A stretch of DNA of 36,981 nt from contig JAZNAU010000018.1 in NCBI GenBank assembly GCA_045586685.1, positions 1 to 36,981 of the forward strand, in the 5' to 3' direction. The notes beneath the pieces were generated by a model. It was not told the DNA's origin, made no database searches, and saw only the letters and a list, made by a program, of their open reading frames with translations. Each line of letters opens with the position of its first letter. Position 1 is the first letter of the stretch. The translations under genes were made by a program, and so were the position numbers. This stretch comes from Clostridia bacterium. GTDB lineage: Bacteria > Bacillota > Clostridia > HGM11514. This document shows positions 1-6,306 of this stretch, one piece after another.

Positions 1-56
1 AAAACTGTCTTTTTTCTTCCATATACTTAAAAATAATAACTTTCTTAGGCTTTTTC

Positions 57-85
57 TTGCATTTAAAGAATATTTATGATATGAT
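57..85 (+). promoter_or_regulatory. sigma-A type promoter of HD-domain gene
   Basis: TTGCAT (57-62), 17-bp spacer, TG-n-TATGAT (80-85). RBS AGAGGTG precedes ATG at 105. Confidence 0.7.
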
Positions 86-104
86 GAAAGAAAGAGGTGT
101 TTTT

Positions 105-1295
105 ATGATAACAAAGGAACTAATTGACTTATTACATCAAGGAGCCAGTATTCAGCGATGGAATGACCACTTAAGACCGCACAAGGGTTTTACGGAGCTT
201 GACAAACAAGCACATAAGTTGTTTTATCTGTATGCTCTGAAAAAATTCGAACCGGACAATTCTTTGGATGAACAATTGTTAATAGAAGGCTGTATTTTCG
301 AATACCTTCACAGAGTACTGCTGACCGATATTAAACCTCCTGTTTTTCACAAGCTGATGACAGAAAAAGGAGAACAGATTAACCGTTGGGTATTGGAAGA
401 GCTTCGCCCTGCCTGTCAGCCCTTAAAAGGAAATTTCTACGAAAAATTTCAGAGCTATCTTTTGGATCAAGAGTACGGAAAGCGGGAAAAATCTCTGATT
501 TCTGCAGCACATTATCTGGCAACGGCATGGGAATTTTCCATTGTGTATCCCCTGTCCTCCTCCCTGCACGATATTCAGACTGTAAAAGCAGAGATTGATG
601 CAGAAATTGCCCAGTATTTTTCCTTACCGGGTGTTCAGCGGTATTATGCAGACGTGAATATCAAAAACTTTTTGAATTTGGTAGGACAATTACGACTGCA
701 GCAACGATGGGCACGGTGCTATCGTATTCCCGAAACCTCTGTACTGGGACATATGTTGATTGTTGCGGTTCTGTCTTATTTGTTCACCTTGGAAATTGAC
801 GGCTGTCAAAAACGGCTTTGTAATAATTTTTACGGAGGATTGTTTCACGATTTGCCAGAAGTACTGACCCGCGACATTGTCTCTCCGGTCAAGCGGTCGG
901 TAGAAGGCTTAGATGACATTATTAAAGAAATTGAAAATGATGCTTTGGAGAAAAAAATCTTTCCCCTATTGCCAAAATCCTGGCACGATAAAATTCATTA
1001 TTATATTCAGGAGGAATTTAAGAGTAAAATTATTGTGGATGGTACTATCCGATATTGCTCGGGAGACGAAATTAACAAAACATATAATAAAGAAGAATTT
1101 AATCCTCTGGATGGTGAATTGATTCGAGGAGCTGACCATCTGTCTGCGTTCATTGAAGCATATTTATCGATAGAATATGGTATCAGCTCAGATTCCTTGA
1201 TCAGCGGTCAGCACAATTTATATCCTCTGTACCAAAACAGAACGGTTTCAGGATTAAATTTAGAACCCTATTTTGCAATGTTCAAAAAAATATAA
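105..1295 (+). CDS. HD-domain phosphohydrolase (YfbR-like) with tandem duplicated HD folds
   Basis: C-terminal half has QRW...SVLGH...FHDLPE..TRDI...AD motifs. N-terminal half repeats QRW...AH in degenerate form. Start moved from 57 to ATG 105 on RBS/promoter evidence. Confidence 0.8.
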   Translation: MITKELIDLLHQGASIQRWNDHLRPHKGFTELDKQAHKLFYLYALKKFEPDNSLDEQLLIEGCIFEYLHRVLLTDIKPPVFHKLMTEKGEQINRWVLEELRPACQPLKGNFYEKFQSYLLDQEYGKREKSLISAAHYLATAWEFSIVYPLSSSLHDIQTVKAEIDAEIAQYFSLPGVQRYYADVNIKNFLNLVGQLRLQQRWARCYRIPETSVLGHMLIVAVLSYLFTLEIDGCQKRLCNNFYGGLFHDLPEVLTRDIVSPVKRSVEGLDDIIKEIENDALEKKIFPLLPKSWHDKIHYYIQEEFKSKIIVDGTIRYCSGDEINKTYNKEEFNPLDGELIRGADHLSAFIEAYLSIEYGISSDSLISGQHNLYPLYQNRTVSGLNLEPYFAMFKKI

Positions 1296-1298
1296 ATA

Positions 1299-1323
1299 AC
1301 CCCCCGTATAAAAACGGGGGGTT
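1299..1323. repeat. 25-bp direct repeat copy 1 (terminator hairpin, probable target-site duplication)
   Basis: accccccgtataaaaacggggggtt, identical to 1572-1596; forms a stem-loop. Confidence 0.9.
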
Positions 1324-1571
1324 CAGACCGTCGAAAAAGTCGGTCTAACGCAAGAAGATGAAGAGGGAATCATTATAAATATTAAATTTTTATTTTATAT
1401 TTTGCATTACAAAAAATCGTCGGAAAAACATTGAGTTTGTCCGACGATTACTTGCTTTTTGCCAAAATGAACACTTGCCGTACCCCCGTACTGTCTGCGA
1501 TTCATTTTGACAAAATATTCCTTCCTTTTTCCCAGTCTGACAGCGTGTCGATAGGTTTATCGACACGCTGT
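1324..1571. mobile_element. non-autonomous MITE-like / IS1182-like remnant inserted in a terminator
   Basis: Flanked by exact 25-bp direct repeats. Imperfect terminal IRs cagaccgtcgaaaaa / tttatcgacacgctg (11/15). Internal hairpins; no transposase. Confidence 0.65.
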
Positions 1572-1596
1572 ACCCCCCGTATAAAAACGGGGGGTT
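1572..1596. repeat. 25-bp direct repeat copy 2 (terminator hairpin)
   Basis: Identical to 1299-1323; lies 11 bp past the stop of the convergent GlmU-like gene. Confidence 0.9.
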
Positions 1597-1606
1597 ATTT
1601 ATTTCA

Positions 1607-2272
1607 TTATTTTCTTCTTTGTACAATATCATTTTGAGATTTTACGATGCTGTCCGAAGGATATACACCCCTTAGGGAAGTAAGGGGATATACAGAGGTG
1701 TTTTTTCCTAGCACCGTGCCCGGATTCAAAACACATCCGCAACCCACATCTGCACCATCTGCGAGTATTCCGCCAATTTTACGAATTCCTGTTTCATACT
1801 CCTTGTCCCCATGAATCACAACGGATTTTCCGTCTGATTTTAAATTTGAGCAAATGGAACCTGCTCCCATATGTGCACGATTACCAAGAATTGAATCGCC
1901 CACATAATTATAATGAGGCACTTGAACCTTTTCAAGGAGTACGCAGTTTTTCAGCTCGGATGAATTCCCTATCACGCAGTTTGGCCCTGTTATTACGGAG
2001 CCTCTTATAAATGCTCCGGGGCGTATTTCTGTCCCTTCTCCAATAATTGCAGGAGCTTCAATCACTGCTGTAGGATAGATTTTGACATTCTTCCCCACAT
2101 AAACACCCTCAGAAATTTCTGAAAAGCCTTCCAACCCATTTTCTATCAACTCATAGATATATGCCTTTATATGAGGCAACATTTCCCATGGATATTCGTA
2201 CTGTTCAAAAAACTTTGTCAGATAATCCGTTGTACAGTCAAACAAATCCTTTGTTTTGACAAGCTTATTCAA
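1607..2272 (-). CDS. GlmU-like glucosamine-1-phosphate N-acetyltransferase (left-handed beta-helix domain only)
   Basis: Hexapeptide repeats; PHYNYVGDS and GAGSICSN match GlmU acetyltransferase active-site motifs. No N-terminal GxGxR nucleotidyltransferase motif. Likely TTG start at 2272 after GGAGG, overlapping the glmM stop. Confidence 0.8.
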   Translation of the reverse strand: MNKLVKTKDLFDCTTDYLTKFFEQYEYPWEMLPHIKAYIYELIENGLEGFSEISEGVYVGKNVKIYPTAVIEAPAIIGEGTEIRPGAFIRGSVITGPNCVIGNSSELKNCVLLEKVQVPHYNYVGDSILGNRAHMGAGSICSNLKSDGKSVVIHGDKEYETGIRKIGGILADGADVGCGCVLNPGTVLGKNTSVYPLTSLRGVYPSDSIVKSQNDIVQRRK

Positions 2273-3884
2273 CGCTGTGCCCTCCCTTGATGATTTCATC
2301 CACAATCATTTGTGCGAACTCAACGCATTTTTCTTCACTTTCGCTTTCAATCATAACTCTGATAACCGGCTCTGTTCCGCTCTGACGAAGAAGTGCTCTT
2401 CCCTTGCCGGCAATCAACTCTTCCACTTTTTCTACGCTTTCCAGCACAGCTTTGTCCCGAAGCACCGCCGCTTTATCCTTGACTCGTACATTTTTCATAT
2501 ATTGGGGATAAAGTTTGACAGGAGCTGCAAGCTCTGCCAGAGAAAGCTTTGAATCGCATATTTCTTCTGCAATCATAATAGCAGTTAAAATACCGTCGCC
2601 TGTGGTTGCATGCTTTTTAAGTATGATATGTCCTGACTGTTCACCGCCGAGGGCATATCCCTTTTCTTGCATACATTCATAAACAAATCTGTCACCTACA
2701 GCTGTCTTTTCGCATTTTATACCCGCTTCTTCAAGACTGGCAAAAAAGCCGCTGTTTGACATAATGGTTGCAACCACTGTATCATGGTCAAGCATGCCTC
2801 TTGCTTTTAGTCTTTTTGCCAAAATGTAAAGCATCTTATCTCCATCCACGATTTCGCCATTGTTGTCTACTGCAATACATCTGTCGGCATCACCGTCAAA
2901 GGCAAAGCCTACATCAAGATGGTTCTCCTTTACAAGCTTGCACAAATTTTCAATATGAGTTGAACCGCAATTTTCGTTAACATTCAGTCCATTAGGCTCT
3001 GCACCGATTACTACAGTCTGTGCTCCCAATGCCCCAAACACCGATTTTGCTATCATCCATGACGACCCGTTTGCGCAATCAAGACCAATCTTTAAATTTT
3101 TATATGAATGAGATGCAATAGAAATAAGGTAACCAAGATATCGGTTTCTTCCTGATGAATAATCTGTAATACAACCGATTCTTTCTTTTGTGGCAAGAGG
3201 CAAATCATCTCCGGTAATACCGAGGGTTGCAAGGTCGCCGTCAAGATATGCTTCAATCAAAGCTGTTGTTTTATCGTCAAGCTTTTCTCCGTATTGATTG
3301 ATAATTTTAATACCATTGTCATAATAAGGATTGTGGGAGGCGGTTATCATAATTCCACAATCAAACCCCTCCTGCCGTGTCACATAAGAAACACTGGGAG
3401 TTGTTGTAACATGGAGCATATACGTATCTGCTGCCGAAGCTGTTATCCCTGCAACAATGGAATACTCAAGCATATAGCTTGACCTTCTCGTATCCTTACC
3501 AATCACAATTTTCGGTCTGTAGTTGCTCTTTTTACACCCTGAAAGCGGTGACGAATAATACCACCCTAAAAATCTGCCCACTTTATAGGCCTGCATTGAT
3601 GTCAAGGTTACGTTTGCCTCTCCTCTGAAACCGTCTGTGCCAAAATATTTATTCCCTTTCACTTTTTCGGTCTTTTGAGGAATGTTAACATCTTCAAGAA
3701 GAAGGCTGTCGGTTGAAATTTTAAAAAGTTCACACAACTGAAGAACTTTATCTATCTGCGGAAGGGCCTGGTCCATTTCCCATTTTGAAACTGACTGTCT
3801 GGAAACGTCAAGGTGCTCTGCCAACTGTTCCTGCGACAACCCCGCCATAATACGAAGATTTGCTATTTTTTCACCTATTTTCAT
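2265..3884 (-). CDS. glmM: phosphoglucosamine mutase with N-terminal XRE-family HTH domain
   Basis: N-terminus IANLRIMAGLSQEQLAEHLDVSRQSVSKWE is an XRE HTH. It is followed by YFGTDGFRG, phosphoserine loop TASHNP, metal loop DGDADR, GEQSGH and SGTEP. Confidence 0.92.
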   Translation of the reverse strand: MKIGEKIANLRIMAGLSQEQLAEHLDVSRQSVSKWEMDQALPQIDKVLQLCELFKISTDSLLLEDVNIPQKTEKVKGNKYFGTDGFRGEANVTLTSMQAYKVGRFLGWYYSSPLSGCKKSNYRPKIVIGKDTRRSSYMLEYSIVAGITASAADTYMLHVTTTPSVSYVTRQEGFDCGIMITASHNPYYDNGIKIINQYGEKLDDKTTALIEAYLDGDLATLGITGDDLPLATKERIGCITDYSSGRNRYLGYLISIASHSYKNLKIGLDCANGSSWMIAKSVFGALGAQTVVIGAEPNGLNVNENCGSTHIENLCKLVKENHLDVGFAFDGDADRCIAVDNNGEIVDGDKMLYILAKRLKARGMLDHDTVVATIMSNSGFFASLEEAGIKCEKTAVGDRFVYECMQEKGYALGGEQSGHIILKKHATTGDGILTAIMIAEEICDSKLSLAELAAPVKLYPQYMKNVRVKDKAAVLRDKAVLESVEKVEELIAGKGRALLRQSGTEPVIRVMIESESEEKCVEFAQMIVDEIIKGGHSVE

Positions 3885-3918
3885 TGATATCACCGCTCCT
3901 TATTCCTATATTATATTC

Positions 3919-3947
3919 ATAATATCAAAGCTAATTCGCATTATCAA
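3919..3947 (-). promoter_or_regulatory. sigma-A type promoter of HTH-glmM operon
   Basis: Minus strand TTGATA (3947-3942), 17-bp spacer, TG-n-TATTAT (3924-3919). Confidence 0.65.
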
Positions 3948-3969
3948 CCAACTTTTCTTTGAATGTTTC

Positions 3970-3984
3970 GCAACCATAGGTTGC
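3970..3984. promoter_or_regulatory. candidate operator palindrome GCAACC-ATA-GGTTGC
   Basis: Perfect 6-3-6 inverted repeat 23 bp upstream of the -35. A half-site CAACCA (3945-3950) overlaps the -35. Confidence 0.55.
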
Positions 3985-4030
3985 TTTTTTGTTTTGTTGT
4001 ACTATAAATGGGCTGTACTGCTCTATCAAA

Positions 4031-4092
4031 GGGTACAGGGACGAAGCCCCTGTGTCGTTTTAAGGGGTGCGGGGGAAATCGAAATCCCCCGC
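4031..4092. repeat. pair of GC-rich REP-like hairpins
   Basis: acaggg-ac-gaa-gc-ccctgt (4035-4053) and gcggggga-aatcgaaa-tcccccgc (4069-4092) in AT-rich intergenic DNA. Confidence 0.55.
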
Positions 4093-4106
4093 GTTTTCGT
4101 TATACA

Positions 4107-4148
4107 AAAAAGGAACTGTAGCAAAATGATTTTGATACAGCTCCTTTT
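4107..4148 (-). terminator. intrinsic terminator after madM
   Basis: aaaaggaactgtagcaaaa-tga-ttttgatacagctcctttt hairpin with A/T tracts on both sides. Confidence 0.7.
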
Positions 4149-4169
4149 AATCGCTTTTTATTTATGTAA

Positions 4170-4943
4170 TTAAAGTACAAGTAATCGAACCAAAGAATAT
4201 AATACTGACGGGCAAAGCAAACAACCTAAGCCTGTATAGAAAGTAGAGGTCATTGCACCATAGGGGACCAATTTAGGGTCAGTTGCAGCAAGAGCTGCTG
4301 TTACACCGCTGGTTGTTCCCATCAAACCGCCGAAAACCATTGCCGCACCAGGGGTGGTAAGCCCAATCTTCTTTTTTATCATGGGAGTCACAAGCATGAC
4401 GGCAATAGATTTAAATACTCCCGCAGCAATCGAAATTGCAATAACAGTTGAATCTGCCCCCACTGCTGCACCGGTAACAGGGCCAACAACAAACGTCACC
4501 GTACCTGCAGCGATTGTTGCTATGCTTTCAGCATCTCTGTATCCAAAAGCAAAAGTAATCAAAGCTCCGATAATAAATGTTAAAATAACACCGACTAAAA
4601 GAGAGGCAACCCCAATAAATCCGCATTTTTTAATTTCTGAAAATTTAGCGCCGTATGCTGTGGAAACAATGGTAAAATCACGAAGAGTAGAACTTCCCAA
4701 AATGCCAATTCCTGTAAAAACAGTTACATCAGCAAGTCCTTTTGAACCACCCGTCATCCGTCCTCCAACATATGCCAATATCAGTCCCATAAAAATGGCT
4801 AATGCAGAAGAGTGAATTCTGCCTTTGGTGACTTTGGTTGAGACAAAGTTGGCAAATAATGAGATAATTCCAACAATTAAAAACGACATTACAAATGCAT
4901 TATCTACAAATAAATCTACTATTATGTTTGCTATTTCTTTCAT
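4170..4943 (-). CDS. madM: malonate transporter subunit MadM
   Basis: Hydrophobic protein with GRIHSSALAI, GGSKGLAD, LRDFTIVSTAYG, FGGLMGTTSGV and LVPYGAMTSTFYTGLGCLL motifs typical of MadM; TAATG coupling to madL. Confidence 0.92.
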   Translation of the reverse strand: MKEIANIIVDLFVDNAFVMSFLIVGIISLFANFVSTKVTKGRIHSSALAIFMGLILAYVGGRMTGGSKGLADVTVFTGIGILGSSTLRDFTIVSTAYGAKFSEIKKCGFIGVASLLVGVILTFIIGALITFAFGYRDAESIATIAAGTVTFVVGPVTGAAVGADSTVIAISIAAGVFKSIAVMLVTPMIKKKIGLTTPGAAMVFGGLMGTTSGVTAALAATDPKLVPYGAMTSTFYTGLGCLLCPSVLYSLVRLLVL

Positions 4944-5326
4944 TATTTCGCCTCCGTTTCTTCATCAACGGCTTTCTTTGATGTAAATTTATTAAAAATG
5001 GGTAACAGTAAAAACATAATAAATACTACACCAACTCCTGCTACAAAAGCAAGAACTCCTCCATCCAATGCGCTGACAACATTTTGCGATGCTGACATTG
5101 CAATAACAACAGGAATAAACATTTCTTTCCAAAAATTAAGACCTTTTGTATACCCTTCCGGCAACTTATCGGTTATTTTTTTGGAGTTGGTAATCAGTAA
5201 AAGCAAGAGCATAGAAAAACCGACTCCGCCTATATCCGAGTTCAATCCCGTTAGAAGACCTAACAAATTTCCTATGAATGACCCTACCAGCATACAGCCG
5301 GACAAGATAGCCACTCCGTAAATCAT
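4943..5326 (-). CDS. madL: malonate transporter subunit MadL
   Basis: MIYGVAILSGC...IGGVGFSMLLL...FW..MFIPVVIAMSASQNVVSAL matches MadL. Start placed at ATG 5326. Confidence 0.9.
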   Translation of the reverse strand: MIYGVAILSGCMLVGSFIGNLLGLLTGLNSDIGGVGFSMLLLLLITNSKKITDKLPEGYTKGLNFWKEMFIPVVIAMSASQNVVSALDGGVLAFVAGVGVVFIMFLLLPIFNKFTSKKAVDEETEAK

Positions 5327-5388
5327 AACATACCATCCCTTTCCATTTTTATATATTATTGAAACAAACAAAAATATACATTACAGTT

Positions 5389-5417
5389 ATTATATCACAA
5401 AAACACTTCTGATTCAA
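5389..5417 (-). promoter_or_regulatory. sigma-A type promoter of madLM
   Basis: TTGAAT (5417-5412), 17-bp spacer, TG-n-TATAAT (5394-5389). Confidence 0.75.
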
Positions 5418-5522
5418 GTTTTTTTGCTCTTTAAGAAATATTTATCATAAATCTGAACATTTGCAACATACTTTGACGTATTTTAACAGTACATTTAGCT
5501 CGCCGTCAGGCAGATTTAGTTG

Positions 5523-5556
5523 AAAAAAGACAGATTTCAATGAAATCCGTCTTTTT
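5523..5556 (-). terminator. intrinsic terminator downstream of DUF4430 gene
   Basis: aaaaagacagatttc-aat-gaaatccgtcttttt stem-loop with U tract on the minus strand. Confidence 0.7.
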
Positions 5557-5561
5557 CCGGA

Positions 5562-5583
5562 AAAGCAGAACCATAAAGATATT
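5562..5583. repeat. 22-bp direct repeat, left boundary of B12 module
   Basis: aaagcagaaccataaagatatt, 21/22 identical to 9557-9578; abuts the stop codon at 5584. Confidence 0.85.
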
Positions 5584-6306
5584 TTATAAATCTTTTCCCA
5601 TGTTGCAAGTGTATAAGAACTCTATTTTATCTCCTTTTTTTAGTTTGTATTGAGAACATCCAACAGACAAGATTTCACCATTCACACGATATATCCATCC
5701 TGAGAGATTTCCCGCGTCAAATTCATATAAATTTCCTATGCCCTGTATATAAACACTGTCAAACATTGGATTTTTGGTAAATTCAAAATGTATGTTGCGA
5801 TTTTTTAGTTCTCTTTCCAAAACATCAAAAGCACTTTGGCCTTCTGAAAATTCAAACTCAATTTCAGGTAAAATCAATCCACTTTCAGGGATTAAATGTA
5901 TTTTTTCAGGAGCAATACGATCCATATTATCTAAAAGTGTATCACATCTTACTGTAAGGAAACAAGAAAGCGTGTTCTTTTCAACTGATTCTTCCTGAAT
6001 TTCTATCTCTTCATCACGCTCTGACGTTTCTAAAGGAGCTACAGGTGTAGGTGTTATGATCTCTTTTATCTCAGTTTCCGTATGGTCTGTTGTTTCAATC
6101 GGAACATCTTCATTAACAGGTATTATAATTTCTTGTGTTTGTGCAGATTCTACAGTTTCCTCCGTGAAATCTTCATTAACAGATTCATTTACCTGAACGT
6201 CTGTGCTTATATTTTGTGAATCAGGATAATAAAAGTTAATTGCCAGAACTATAGCAAATATCCCTATGACAACAATAGTACCCTTAAACTTTTTTATAAA
6301 ATTCAT
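5584..6306 (-). CDS. membrane-anchored DUF4430 (transcobalamin-like beta domain) protein
   Basis: N-terminal TM helix, acidic E/T-rich linker, C-terminal SAFDVL...YIQGIGNLYEFDAGNLSGWIYRVNG...GDKIEFLYT DUF4430 signature. Confidence 0.85.
   Translation of the reverse strand: MNFIKKFKGTIVVIGIFAIVLAINFYYPDSQNISTDVQVNESVNEDFTEETVESAQTQEIIIPVNEDVPIETTDHTETEIKEIITPTPVAPLETSERDEEIEIQEESVEKNTLSCFLTVRCDTLLDNMDRIAPEKIHLIPESGLILPEIEFEFSEGQSAFDVLERELKNRNIHFEFTKNPMFDSVYIQGIGNLYEFDAGNLSGWIYRVNGEILSVGCSQYKLKKGDKIEFLYTCNMGKDL

Noticed and set aside
1390-1637. Short ORFs 1390-1632(-) and 1431-1637(+)
   Set aside because: They span the MITE-like insert and terminator, with no RBS or recognisable domain.
5551-5583. 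Faint resemblance of ctttttccggaaaagc to streptococcal difSL
   Set aside because: Only a partial match to one arm, and not shared by the second repeat copy.
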